From Octopus bimaculoides (taxonomy: Eukaryota), in the NCBI RefSeq assembly GCF_001194135.2, contig NC_069003.1, positions 28,985,014 to 29,049,013 of the forward strand: 64,000 bases of DNA. Reading direction: 5' to 3'. Shown here one piece after another: positions 39,725 through 53,052 of this stretch (positions within the stretch are counted from its first letter, which is position 1; the number at the start of each line of letters is the position of its first letter). The translations under genes and the position numbers were made by a program. Under the pieces are notes generated by a model. That model was not told the DNA's origin. It was given only the letters and a program-made list of their open reading frames with translations, and made no database searches.

Positions 39725-42617
39725 TCACGCGCCTGCACAAAGGAAATCAAAGAGAGAAACATAAAAATGAAGATGTTCTACCTATTTGAAGAATATGGAA
39801 ATATTTACAAAACATTTAATTTTTTGCTTCAATTTAATATCAGGGATGTTTGGTTACTATATCTAGCAAGTCAGCCAACGGTTTCGAGGCACTCCGTTGG
39901 ATTCACAATCTTTGTTAATTTGTACTCTCTTTTTGAATTTTTAACTAAGATGAAATTATATAAATTTGTATGATTTCGTATGCAAATAACAGAATAACAT
40001 ATTACACATTCACTTTCTTATTCCTTTCTTATTTCTTTAAATAATGATAACCGTTGTGTTTTATTTATTTAAAATGCATTTTCCTCTATTTACTTTGCTC
40101 AAATCACTAAGCATCCATATATATGGATAGTCGTATGCGACAGTAACTGTATTGATATTTTGACTTTATTCATCTTTGATAAAAATTTGAAATATTTCTC
40201 AGATAGAACTGCATTTTATTAACTCACAAGCAATGTCAATAATTTCCTATAAATTCCTTCTCTTTCCAACATTGAATTATTATAGTATGTATATATACTT
40301 TTACTTAATTTGTATATAGATATTCATGAGAATTTCTCTGTAATATCAAGTAATATTTGTTGGCTGTCAATGCATCTTGTAGCACTTAAGTAAATGTTGC
40401 TACACTATCAACAGAAAAATGTGTGAATTATGAGAAGATAATTGATACCACAGCCTATATTGCTAGTTGCATTGATATCTACTTTATAAATGCTATTGTA
40501 GACTCTGAAGGAGATGTATTCTGAAACGAGAAATAAATACATGTAAGTGCTATCACATCAAAGCTTGCTTTCTTTACTTTAGTAATTTAGATTTCTTAAT
40601 GCATGTTAGGAAATGTATGAGGGGAAAATAACAAAGTAGAGAAATATTTGCCAAACAGTATATTTTAGAAAATGTATTTTGTGAAAACAAGCTTATTGAA
40701 TGTGCCAAATATGAATTATTTTCATGCCAAAATATAAATGTCCAAAACTAAAACTCATTTCCTGATGATATATTTGGCCTTAAAGCAGATATTTCTTTTC
40801 AGGAATCGTTTCTCTTAATACTTAGATAATAAACAAAATTTAATCCGGGTAGAAGATAATAATTAATCATTTTATCGCATCTACTTTGATTGAACCATAA
40901 GCATCGGGTTTAGAGATTTACTGTTTAATTCATTCGCTGGAAGAAACAGAAAGCATGTCTTGGAATCCTATAAATCATTTACACGAACACTGTAATTGTA
41001 ACATTCTCTTGCAAAGTGTTTAAATTAATTGCGACCGCTTCAGAATGTTTTCATCGCACTTCAGAATAACTTTCATCGATCAGTTATGGAGGTAACTTGA
41101 TATTTTTTGTGCGATACTTCTGTTTGAGATTCGGCTGACAATTGACATCCGGATATCTTGTTCATGTGGATAAATGAGACATTCACGATTTAGCGAGAGT
41201 GCTAGAATTTAAGTTATCACAGTTCCTGACTTTATAATAATATTGTTCTATAAGCTTGTAATAAGATTAACTGCTTGGAATAACAAAGATTCCACATGTC
41301 TATTATTGAAAAGGTAATGAGAGAATCAATGAAATCAGTAACTATGAATTTGAGCCTATTTCAAGCTAATCGAGTTCACGATGGACCTAACTGAGAAACG
41401 GGTGATACAACCATCACGTGTGATATATCCATGAATCCTGATAATAGTCATTGCTGACAACGTTTGGAGAGATCCAATCATTTCCAGAATATTCCAGAAA
41501 ATATATATAGGTGTACGTTTCAATGGATGCATGCCTCTCCTCTCTCTCTCTCTATCTATCTATCTCTTAATCATCTATTTAAATCTTTATCTGTCTGCCT
41601 GTCTGACTGTCTGTTTTTCTCTCTCCCCATCTATCTATCTATCTTTCTGTATGCCTGTCGATCTAGTGATCTATCTATTTATCTGTCTATGTATCTACCC
41701 ATCGTTATATGTGTGTATATATATTTTATATCACCCGAAATTGCAAAGATAACCTGGAACTCGATTCAGGAAAGAAAACTCCGATGACCTGTCGTTGTTT
41801 TTTTTTGTTTTTTGTTTCGTCTATCGAGATGTTTTGTTGTCCCTTTTTTGTATTACCTAACTGTCTGGATGTTTTGCGTCTTTCTTCCATTTTTTTAAAT
41901 GTTTATATATAAAAACATATAGCGGCGTACGTACACTTTGGTCTCATATATATATATACATATATATATANNNNNNNNNNNNNNNNNNNNNNNNNNNNNN
42001 NNNNNNNNNNNNNNNNNNNNNNNNNNNNNNNNNNNNNNNNNNNNNNNNNNNNNNNNNNNNNNNNNNNNNNNNNNNNNNNNNNNNNNNNNNNNNNNNNNNN
42101 NNNNNNNNNNNNNNNNNNNNNNNNNNNNNNNNNNNNNNNNNNNNNNNNNNNNNNNNNNNNNNNNNNNNNNNNNNNNNNNNNNNNNNNNNNNNNNNNNNNN
42201 NNNNNNNNNNNNNNNNNNNNNNNNNNNNNNNNNNNNNNNNNNNNNNNNNNNNNNNNNNNNNNNNNNNNNNNNNNNNNNNNNNNNNNNNNNNNNNNNNNNN
42301 NNNNNNNNNNNNNNNNNNNNNNNNNNNNNNNNNNNNNNNNNNNNNNNNNNNNNNNNNNNNNNNNNNNNNNNNNNNNNNNNNNNNNNNNNNNNNNNNNNNN
42401 NNNNNNNNNNNNNNNNNNNNNNNNNNNNNNNNNNNNNNNNNNNNNNNNNNNNNNNNNNNNNNNNNNNNNNNNNNNNNNNNNNNNNNNNNNNNNNNNNNNN
42501 NNNNNNNNNNNNNNNNNNNNNNNNNNNNNNNNNNNNNNNNNNNNNNNNNNNNNNNNNNNNNNNNNNNNNNNNNNNNNNNNNNNNNNNNNNNNNNNNNNNN
42601 NNNNNNNNNNNAAATAT

Positions 42618-42662
<45 letters not shown>

Positions 42663-43450
42663 TGTGTGTGTGTGTGTGTCCCGGTGTGGATGGGTGTGCT
42701 TGGGTTTTTGTGTGCGTTTGTGTATATGCTTTCGTGTTTCTGTGTGCCTTTGTGTACGCGCGTTTGTTGTACTTGTGTATGTGCATACATCTTTGATCAC
42801 AAAAGAGATCTTTTAGATGCAACGCCGCGTGAAATTTAATAACTCCATTACAATATAAGTCAGAGAGCGTCTTTGAGATTTTATCAACTAAAATATACTT
42901 TAAGTGTCTTCAATCGCGTCTAAACGGTGTGGGAAGTGAAGGTGGTAACTTCGATTTTCTATGTAATGCTTACAATACGATTTACAGATTTGAATAATTG
43001 ATTCAAAGCGGATAAATAGGATGCGAGAAATTTATACAATGTATTAGTCTTGTATCTGGTAGAGTTTTTGTATGTATTATTTCTTCATTTGATAATAAAA
43101 TATATTTCAGATGTAAAATGTATGCTTCACTGAGAACAGAACAACAGAGGCGCAATATATTTCTTGGACAGTAAAGTTCATAGTACAATAAATGAATAAT
43201 GTTAGTCCGCTAGAGTTAGTAAGTGCAAGAAATTTCTACCGAAGCAAACCAGTCTCTCGATCTCTAAAACTGGCAACCCAATATTGCGTCGATCAAACTT
43301 TACCAGATAATGAAGCACATTTCTAGTTGATAAGTATAAAGCATTATTTCATTACATTTCGTCACAAATTAACATTTTGAATGGTCACAAAATTATTAGA
43401 ACAACAATTCCACGTTACATTATTTTTCATTATGTGTAACATAGAAATAT

Positions 43451-43846
43451 CAGTCGTGCGTGTGTGATTAGAAGATTGCTTCCCAACCACATGGTTTCGA
43501 CTTCAGTTCCACTGCGTAGCAGTGTCTTCTATTATAGCCTTAGGCTGACAGAAGCCTTGTGAGTGGATCTGATGGACGGAAACTGAAAGTAGTCCGTCGT
43601 ATATATACATATATATATATATATGTATGTGTGTTTGTGTGTGTGTGTATGTATGTATATATCTGTTTGTGTGTCTTTGTATCTGTGTTTGTCTCCCCAC
43701 TCACCGCTTGACAATCGATGCTGGTTTGTTTACGTCCCCTTAACCTAGCGATTTGGCAAAAAAAAGACCGATATAATACTACCAGGCCTAAAATATAAGA
43801 CCTGGGGTCAAATGTTCGACTAAAACTCTTCAAGATGGTGCTCCAA
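43451..43846 (+). mobile_element. SINE family B, near full length
   Basis: Collinear with 8124-8570, shorter internal microsatellite. Confidence 0.85.
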
Positions 43847-44864
43847 AATAGCTAACGTTTCTGCCAACCCTTAGGGCTAAATTGTGCTCAAATTTATCTA
43901 AAGGTCCAGCATTCTAACATTGTTATCAGACGTTGTGTTTCAACTGCTTTTGGCGCTGCAAATTTGGCGTCGCTTGTCTGACACTGGATTGTTTGACATC
44001 AACCACTTTAAAGATTCTCTCATCTTCCGTTTCTCTCTACCTCTATCTCTCTTTCACTTTCTATTTACGTGAGCGGAAATATTCCACTTATATGTATGAT
44101 AATAGGGAAAGTGTTTCTTAAGTCTCTTTCGGTATATGTGTACCTCCGCTCACGCATGTGTGCATGTCTATGTGTGTGTGCATGAGTATATGTGTGCATA
44201 TGTGTGTGTCCGTTTGTGAGTTTCTGTATGTGTGCGTGTGTATGTGTGTCTGCGTGCGTGTGTATGTGTGTCTGCGTGCGTGTCTCTGTCTCTGTGAGTG
44301 TGTGAGTAAGCGTCTGTATTTGTATGTATGAAATATGTCTCCACTTTCACAAAGTAGTATTAAATAGGCTGGAATTACATTCAACCGCACTAGATCAACG
44401 TCTAAATAGCAACGATTCTCCGAAACATTCAGTTCTTTGTATGACCCTAATTACGCCAGCTAATTACGTTAGATTATGTCACGAAAATAAAATTAAAAAT
44501 TCTGATGAATGAACAATTTGTTCCATTAATCGCACAATACTCATCATCTACCCCATTTTGCTGGTTGCATTAATTTGTCGTCTAAATGTAGCATTAGTCT
44601 CTATCCCTTTTATTTCTACAGCTTGCTTTAAAATAAACACTGTGTTGGTATACATATTTTTTTTATCTCTGTTTACTCAACTGCGTTGTGCTGTGCAATG
44701 TATATATCACATCTATTTGAAAGGATATCTTTTAAGACGTACAACTAATACAATGCGACTAACAAATTTAAGTGATATTTCTGAGTAGTACATTAGTAAT
44801 GTAACTTATAAAATCTTGCGAGACAACTGGATGCGCACAATTGTATCTATATCGTGTGTAATTA

Positions 44865-45160
44865 GTGAGAGGGCATGCTTCAGTGATTTGAGAGTCGGTC
44901 TCACAATCATAAAGCAGTGAATTCGATTCCCCGACCGACCTGTGTGATGTGTTCTTGAGCAAGACAAAAATGAGTTGCGACTTCATACAAGGGAAGGACT
45001 TTTGCCCCTCCCTTGAATAACATCGGTGACATGGTGAGCGTAGGCTGGTATGCATGGGGACTGCTGGTCTTCCATAGGCAAAATTGCTGGGACTTGTACC
45101 TTGGAGGGGAACTTTCTAGGTGCAATGCCATTCAAGCCCGAAAGGTATTTTTAACCTTTA
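44865..45160 (+). mobile_element. tRNA-derived SINE with partial CORE-like region and third tail (T3)
   Basis: gaattcgattccccgacc..gtgttcttgagcaagac-aaaaatgagtt then unrelated tail ending aaaggtatttttaacctttaa. Confidence 0.65.
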
Positions 45161-46009
45161 ATTCGTCATAGCTACACCATGATCAAAAATGTCTCATTTT
45201 TGCTCATAATTCTGTAGAATCAGGGGCTGACATATTTAGTTTCCCAATGTACTTAATTATATAGGCGTAAAGCAGAAAACTAACGGAGAAAGTTTAGTCG
45301 ATGTAGTGTACCAGACACTGGATTAATCATTTAGCTTAAGTACATTGACATTATGAAAGACGGGATTTAAACAAAGGGCAGGAAGCATTTTATTGTATTC
45401 TAATACGTATCTATCTACACACGACACGTATATATCTGCATGTATGTAGGTGCGACAAAGCTGTAACATATTTGATCATCGGTTTGCTTCATCAGTACTG
45501 TCTTAGTGTGAACCAGCAATAACAGCCACCATTCCTGCTGTAGTAACAACTAAAAATTTCAACAACAAAGCTTATGAAAACTTCTGTTTTTCATCAGTTG
45601 CATTACTATATCATCTATTTATTAGAGAGTAACATATATCTCCAAAGGTTACTGAGTAACTTACTGAAATTCACATCAACATATACATGTATGAACGTGT
45701 GTGAGGATGTGTGCATACATTTATGTATACTGTGTAAGCAGTGTACGCAACGAAGCAAATTTGTAGCTGGGTTAGTTTGTACGTCCTCTCTCCAACTCCG
45801 ACCCATATGCAGAATCAGTGCATCACTTTTCTCTCAGGTGAATTATTTTTGAACTGTACTCAAGGTAGGTGTCCGTACCAACAGTCTCCTGCTGGCATAA
45901 CTCTTATGTATGTGACAGCTGTAAAAAAATAGCCAACCACGATAATAGAAGTTCGGCGCATTTATAAGTTAGGTTGAAAGAAACCGGCCCGAGGTACCAG
46001 AGAGCAAGA

Positions 46010-46072
46010 TGAAAACCAGTGACTCGTAATTGCGAAGTGAATTTCTTAACCTTTCGGCCACGCTTCTACTTA
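46010..46072 (-). mobile_element. Decayed tRNA-like SINE head
   Basis: RC agcgtggccgaaaggttaagaaattcacttcgcaattacgag. Confidence 0.45.
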
Positions 46073-46411
46073 AGGACAAGCTACGAAGAAACGGTCTGAT
46101 TAAAAGATGCAACATATTACGTACATCATCTTGAAGTGTAAATACACAGTGCAGGTCAGTCTCTCTTAAGCATATCTAAGTTGATAGGAGGAAATGGTGG
46201 TAGATATATCCCCGATGTACAATGTAGTGGGTTGCTGGCACCTATTTAACAGCTGGCCTTTTCTTGATGTAGGAAAATGAAATACAAGAAATCAGACAAC
46301 CGTTATGGAATAGAACGTGTAGTTCTGCTTCACTGCAGATTACATTGATCAAACAACTTAGGTGTACATACACACACACGCACACAGAGATACATATAGG
46401 CACATATACAT

Positions 46412-46454
<43 letters not shown>

Positions 46455-46878
46455 NNNNNNNNNNNNNNNNNNNNNNNNNNNNNNNNNNNNNNNNNNNNNN
46501 NNNNNNNNNNNNNNNNNNNNNNNNNNNNNNNNNNNNNNNNNNNNNNNNNNNNNNNNNNNNNNNNNNNNNNNNNNNNNNNNNNNNNNNNNNNNNNNNNNNN
46601 NNNNNNNNNNNNNNNNNNNNNNNNNNNNNNNNNNNNNNNNNNNNNNNNNNNNNNNNNNNNNNNNNNNNNNNNNNNNNNNNNNNNNNNNNNNNNNNNNNNN
46701 NNNNNNNNNNNNNNNNNNNNNNNNNNNNNNNNNNNNNNNNNNNNNNNNNNNNNNNNNNNNNNNNNNNNNNNNNNNNNNNNNNNNNNNNNNNNNNNNNNNN
46801 NNNNNNNNNNNNNNNNNNNNNNNNNNNNNNNNATAAACTTATACAAACACAATCACATTTGTGTACGCATATACATAG

Positions 46879-46927
<49 letters not shown>

Positions 46928-46957
46928 CGTATATACATATATATATATACATCTATA

Positions 46958-46990
<33 letters not shown>

Positions 46991-47552
46991 GTATGTATAT
47001 ATACATATTCATAAGTATAAACGAGTGTGTACCTGTGTGCAAGACCAAGTGCCTGTGTGCGAGTATGTACCAGTAAATGTGAGTGTATGAATGTATAGTG
47101 TGCAGCTGCAGTACGAGCCGCTCCCACGAGTTATTTCAGTACAGAAACTAGTATAAACAACTCATCTCCTAGATTAGGATACTGGAAGCTGTTAAGTCTA
47201 TCAGAAAAGACTTACAATAAATGAGATATATTCTACGAAGGAATATGGTTTGATCTAGCAGTAGATCTATAATTAGTAATAAAACATATTCTCATTGTCA
47301 ATAATCGATGTCAGCTCGAAATAAAACACTTCTTCGCATTTGAATCAACATCATTTATTTCCTCAGCTAGCCATTGAAATCTTCCACGCAGATAACAGAT
47401 AAACATCAACATCCAATAAATGGAACTCTTATTTATTTTAGCATTAGCATCACTATAACGATATTTTCACGACAAAAGCAACGCAAATAAGGAATATATT
47501 ACAGAACTTTAAGAAGAAATAGTATGCGAGTGCTATGTTTGTATATATATAA

Positions 47553-47591
<39 letters not shown>

Positions 47592-47687
47592 NNNNNNNNN
47601 NNNNNNNNNNNNNNNNNNNNNNNNNNNNNNNNNNNNNNNNNNNNNNNNNNNNNNNNNNNNNNNNNNNNNNNNNNNNNNNNNNNNNNN

Positions 47688-47730
<43 letters not shown>

Positions 47731-48005
47731 CGAGTGAGTAGACAAACGAAAGAACTGCATTATATAGATTTATTGGGCGTTACATGTATAAATCAAAACC
47801 GTCTAATTCAGTCTCTTTCGTATTTTGGGTTTCAAGTGTGTGGCTAGTCAGTGGCCATTGGCGTATGGATGAATGTTCGTTTGAAGGCAATCGAAGTTTA
47901 CTACTGGACATGAACCTGCGATTGGTCGACAAATGTAACGCGCTATGGCGGTTTGATGCTGCTATTTCAGCGACAACAATTAGTTGGCAAATTCAACATG
48001 GTGAA

Positions 48006-48065
48006 TAGGAAATCGACCGCATGGTAAACAGGAAATCGACTGCGTGGTGGACAGGAAATAGGTCG
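48006..48065. repeat. ~23-bp imperfect tandem repeat (aggaaatcgac.gc.tggt..ac) x2.5
   Basis: Direct reading. Confidence 0.7.
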
Positions 48066-48239
48066 TGAAGTTTTCTGGGGGAAGAGAAAGGGGTGGTAAA
48101 TGTGGAAGTATAAATGTATATATGTACATGTATATATGTACATGTATATACCCATATATCTGAGTGCATGTATCCGTATTTATATGAGGATATGTGTGCA
48201 TAGATGTACATTCAGACATCGGCGCTCATGCAAGCTCAC

Positions 48240-48560
48240 ACATATTCACACACACACACACACACACACACGGAGGGCCACACGCAGACTCGCGTGCACA
48301 CGTATGCACACGCGCACGCACACGTATGCACACAAGAGTGCACACGTATGTACACACGCGCGCACACACACAGAGGCACACGCACACACGTGCACACCTT
48401 TATCTACATGTACGTACCAGCACATGCACGCGCGTATGCACACGTGTGCACGTGAATATACATGCACACGCACGGGTGCATGTGTATATGGACGCGCACA
48501 CATCTATGCACATGCGTACGGTGAACACATGCTTATGTGCGCTCATGCACATGCTCACGC
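48240..48560. repeat. Degenerate (CA)/(CACG) tract
   Basis: Direct reading; begins right at the end of the transposase relic. Confidence 0.9.
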
Positions 48561-49600
48561 ATCGTATCAGCAATAATCATTGACATCGCTCCCCACAAGT
48601 CCAATTCGCCCTAGTCACTTTTCAGTCTTTCTGCAACGGTCTCAGCCTTGCTAACACACAGCCTCAGAGCAGCAAGCTTGATGTCACTTGTTTCATTCCT
48701 AATGACAACAGCTTCGTATTAATTTCCATCAGTCGGTTTACCATCGAAATGCAGGCTCCATTTCTGATTGAGTAGCGTATCGATCAAGTGTTTCTTCATT
48801 TCACCAGCTTCCTTGAAGAGTGCCTTGTAAATGCCTTGCTGAGTAGGAACTGCGATATCAATCCCTTCCTCTGACAACTGTTTGCAAATTGTCGCTGGTT
48901 TGTTGGTAGAGACGTTTGTTCCTGTTACAAGTCTCGTACGAATTGCAGATTTGTTGTGCCTTCTTGTGGAGGAATAAGTGTCCTCACTATCACTATCATT
49001 GTTATCAAATCTCTCATCTTCACCATACTTTTACTCTTCAATTTCCTCTTCAGAGTCACTGTCAGTAACCAGGGCTGTTGGGTTTGATAAAGAATGGAAG
49101 GCTTCAGTATCCGAGCATCTTCTTCTCTTGGAAGGATGGATAGTGTGCTTCTCTTGGAAGGATGGATAGCCCACTTTTCCCTTGCTTTAGAGTTGTATGG
49201 ATTACAGCTTTTTGTCATCACCATTGCCCCATTCACCGCGAGATTTAGTGATATCAAACAGTTCTACTAATGGCTGATTTTTGCTTTTCTTGGGGCATTT
49301 GTCATATGAATGAAGAACATATTCGAGCTTGGACCGTATTGCTTGGTCGAAAATGATCGTAAAATTCAGATTATCTCCGCGATTCTCTCCTTTCTGCCTT
49401 GAATTGATTTCCCAAGTAAATTGCACCGACAAACAATCTGCTCTTTAAGTGGCATTCGGCTTCTGCTGGGTAATGAGGCTTCTCCTACAGATACATGACC
49501 TCTGTGAGTACGACTGGAACTGCAAGAAATTTCTCCTCCATTTCTCCTTGTGCTTCTTAAACACTTTGAAGATTTCCTTGAATGACATACCACTAGCAGT
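48560..49600 (-). pseudogene. hATm-type DDE transposase, 5' part, inactivated
   Basis: One minus frame from ~49429 to 48563 with five stops: ..KLEYVLHSYDK..ELFDI..acidic linker..VSTNKPATICKQLSEEGIDIAVPTQQGIYKALFKEA..WSLHFDGK(48737-48751)..KAETVA..LDLWGAMSMIIADT(48563-48571); 22-bp duplication at 49122-49169. Confidence 0.7.
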
Positions 49601-49689
49601 CATTCACAACTCATTCCCGCCTTCGTTCTCGTTCTAGGGATAAGAGTTTTAACTCTTTCAGGTATGTATGTATGTATATATATATATAT

Positions 49690-49935
49690 AGGTGAGAAAG
49701 TTGGTATGTGAAAGCACGTGGTTGGATGTATAAAAGATATTAAGAGTGAAAAAACTACAGAAGGCTTGTGTTACATGGTTAAAGTATATATTTAAATTAT
49801 GTCAGAAAAATGTTAGAAAAATGTTATAAAATCTTTTTGGTATATAAACATTGTATTTTGAGAAATAACCGGTTTCGTGTTGTCTTTTCAAATTTCTCTA
49901 CTTCATTGTGTCGTGTTCGCTCCAGTCTGTGTGGA
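49690..49935 (-). mobile_element. Penelope-terminus-like element with HHR, T-rich 3' end and microsatellite tail
   Basis: Contains HHR 49860-49898; ends in (TA)/(CATA) at 49663-49690. Confidence 0.55.
49860..49898 (-). ncRNA. Minimal type I hammerhead motif, U3:A8 core variant
   Basis: GAGAAAU-UUGAAAA-G-acaaca-C-GAAA-C-cg-G-UU-AUUUCUC: perfect 7-bp helix I, 1-bp helix II, palindromic ACCGGU helix III, GUU triplet. Confidence 0.7.
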
Positions 49936-50189
49936 TGTATGTATGTATGCATACATACGTTACATTGCTTTTGGAATTATATATAGAAATATGTTACTTA
50001 CGCACTAATTTTATATATTCTCATTATATATATTCATATTTATAATCAGCAGCTTTACTTAGCCCCGGCACAGATGCGTATTCGCAGACATGTTCGTCCC
50101 TGGAGAATATCTGAAATGGTAGGTCACTACAGAGCTCTATATCAATTAATATAGTATGAGAAATGAATAGAAATTTCGTAATAACTTTT

Positions 50190-50256
50190 ATGATCTTACA
50201 GCTATTTCGCCATTAGTGACTTGTGTAGCAAGAGTTCAATGCTCTTCGTCAAAGTC
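50190..50256 (-). ncRNA. Decayed hammerhead-like relic
   Basis: gacu-UUGACGA-agagcauu..uaauggc-GAAA-U-agcu-G-UA-aga; shares GAAGAGC..UAAUGGCGAAA with the 33-kb HHR; helices I and II poorly paired. Confidence 0.3.
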
Positions 50257-50473
50257 ATTGAATTTGAGCTAATGTACCTGTTTGCGTAATGTCTGTCCCG
50301 ATGTCATTCATGAATAGAATGTGTGTGTGTGCAATATATATATATATATATATATATATANNNNNNNNNNNNNNNNNNNNNNNNNNNNNNNNNNNNNNNN
50401 NNNNNNNNNNNNNNNNNNNNNNNNNNNNNNNNNNNNNNNNNNNNNNNNNNNNNNNNNNNNNNNNNNNNNNNNN

Positions 50474-50524
<51 letters not shown>

Positions 50525-50994
50525 TACGTTTATACATGCACACACATTTGTATTTAGAAGAATACAAATCCTGGACATAAAATTAGAGATGCTGTTAGGT
50601 CCTTTATATACGATGTTACATAAAAGTGATAATATTTGACAAAAACATACATTTCTTCGTAGAATTTCACAGTTCTGTCAGTATGAACGTATCATGAACG
50701 TTTTAACGTTTATGTTTGTATTCATAGCAATTTCTCCGTATATTATATATATTATTGCATCCTAATATGAGCGTGTTTGCACAATAAACATTGTATCAAT
50801 TAGGCGGTGAAGTTCTGAAACCATTGTAAAAGTTGAGAGGCAATGTATTTCTACAATAATTATATTTATGTAGAAGTTTATATATATATACATATATATT
50901 TATATAAATAAGGAGAAGATCGATATTTAAATATCGATTTTATTAGGTGGCCGGCATGGGACTAAAAACCATCAAAGGTAATAATTATTTAAAA

Positions 50995-51120
50995 TTATAA
51001 TTTAGTGTATCTATGAGATACCACCACGCTGCTGGAAATAGCAGTCAAAACTTGACTCTAAAGTCAATTTTTTACTGCTATTTCCAGCGTGGTGATATCT
51101 CGTAGATACCCTAAATTATA

Positions 51121-51121
<1 letters not shown>
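50995..51121. repeat. ~127-bp imperfect foldback hairpin
   Basis: ttataatttagtgtatctatgagataccaccacgctgctggaaatagcagtcaaaa vs RC ttataatttagggtatctacgagatatcaccacgctggaaatagcagtaaaa; inner ttgac/gtcaa with 6-nt loop. Confidence 0.9.
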
Positions 51122-51173
<52 letters not shown>

Positions 51174-51204
51174 AACCTCATCGAATGGACTGTATTCTTT
51201 TAAT

Positions 51205-51355
51205 CTTTTATTCCTTTACTTCTTTCGCTCGTTTGACAGCAGCCAATCTGTGGTACCACTTGATAGGTTATAATCGAAAAATCGGCCCCGGGACTTATAT
51301 TATAAGGCTAGTACTTATCTTATCGGACTCTGTTGCCGAACAGCTAGTAATCCAA
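51205..51355 (-). mobile_element. SINE family B tail, decayed
   Basis: atcggccccgggacttatattataaggctagtacttatcttatcggactctgttgccgaacagcta. Confidence 0.6.
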
Positions 51356-52519
51356 AGACAGTTTAGTCACACGATGCTATATTCATTCTGGTTAACAATC
51401 ACGCAAAGGGTACAGATGTCTGTGGAATACTCTACCACTAAAACGTCGATGCAATGTGTTTGGTAGTTCTGTTGAATAAACAACTAAAAATTTATAGTCA
51501 AGCTGAGATTTATTTACAAAATAGATTTATGTGACTTCCATGACAACGATCTGCAGGTTATTTTTTAAACCAAATACATTAGGTCGTACAGAGCATGATT
51601 AAGCGAAATGGCCATTTGCGGCACTATTCTTTAAGACCCAGATAAATTGTATCTTTAAATGAATTATTTTACGCATACATATACACATCTATAATGATAT
51701 TGGTGACTTGAAGTAAAATTAACAATTTTTTCAAACAGATGGAGTAACTCAGCTAAGTCTTCTATATTGATTCATCGTGTTTAACTATTCTGTCGTCTAC
51801 TACGACTTTCAAAAGATTTACATTAATTTTCGATTTATTTCTACAGCAAAATTGTTAATTTTCTAACATTGATCTTGAGATTTAAATATTTATTTAACCG
51901 TTCTAGCCGTCTCAGCAATATTATCTCTATATCTTTTATTATTTTCTTAGTGTCAAAGTATTCTTCTTCTTTATACAATGATTAAGGTCATTTAATACAT
52001 TGAGCTGTAATATGTTTTATCAGTATACGCAAATGAATTAATTTACGAGGTGTTAAACTTCTGCAAGCTATTTCGTATTCAATAAATGCACCAGGAAAAT
52101 AACCAACACTATGTCAAACTGTTCTAGCTTAATAGATATTGATCAGAAGTTAATAGTTAGCATTCAATAAATGACACAGTATTGTCTTCTTAATGTTAAT
52201 ATTTCTAACCTCCAAAGTATAGATATCAAGTTTATTTTAAAACTTAACGCTCTATCATGTGCCAGCAACAGATATGAAGACATGGTGTTATAAATTTACT
52301 GCACATCTCGTTAGTGGCTTTGTTACTTTTAGTTGTTTTCAGACCGATTAGCTCAACCGAGGTATTAAAACGCCAAACGAAATATTTCGTATTCACTGAC
52401 AGTGAATCTAAAGAGACCAGAATCAATAACAGATTTTCATTATATCAATAACATCTTTGTTTTACAGAGTTACCATTGCCAAGAAATTTTAATTTTTACT
52501 TTAGCAAAATCAAATACAG

Positions 52520-52553
<34 letters not shown>

Positions 52554-52594
52554 ATACCCAAACACCCATACCCCCCCACACACACACGCACACA

Positions 52595-52830
52595 CATATA
52601 TGCTCGGCCAAACTGCTGGATCAACCCGTACCAAATTTGGCATGAAGGTTCTTGCGGGGGTGGGGCAAATTATGGCCCTTCCCATATAGGGTGTGTAGCC
52701 CCCCCACTCCATACGACCCTTCCGATTTTCTTTTTCTGCGGATTTTTATGTTTTCGATGACGGAGATTTCCAATATGCAAAAAAAAAACGTTTTCAAAAT
52801 TCTAAATCGCCCCCCCTCCCACCAAATTTA
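52595..52830 (+). mobile_element. Possible non-autonomous Helitron/Helentron-like fragment
   Basis: Follows a CA microsatellite; ccaaactgctggatcaacccgtaccaaatttggcatgaag recalls the 'ccaaatttgg' core of DINE/HINE-type elements; ends not identified. Confidence 0.25.
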
Positions 52831-53007
52831 AATTTTAAACTCTCTCTGTCTCTGTCTCTGTTTGTCTGTCTCTCTCTCTCTCTCTCTNNNNNNNNNNNNN
52901 NNNNNNNNNNNNNNNNNNNNNNNNNNNNNNNNNNNNNNNNNNNNNNNNNNNNNNNNNNNNNNNNNNNNNNNNNNNNNNNNNNNNNNNNNNNNNNNNNNNN
53001 NNNNNNN

Positions 53008-53052
<45 letters not shown>

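Noticed and set aside
45838-45864. Candidate 27-nt microexon (ttttctctcag|..|gtaggt)
   Set aside because: Good-looking splice sites, but this is expected by chance in 64 kb without expression data.
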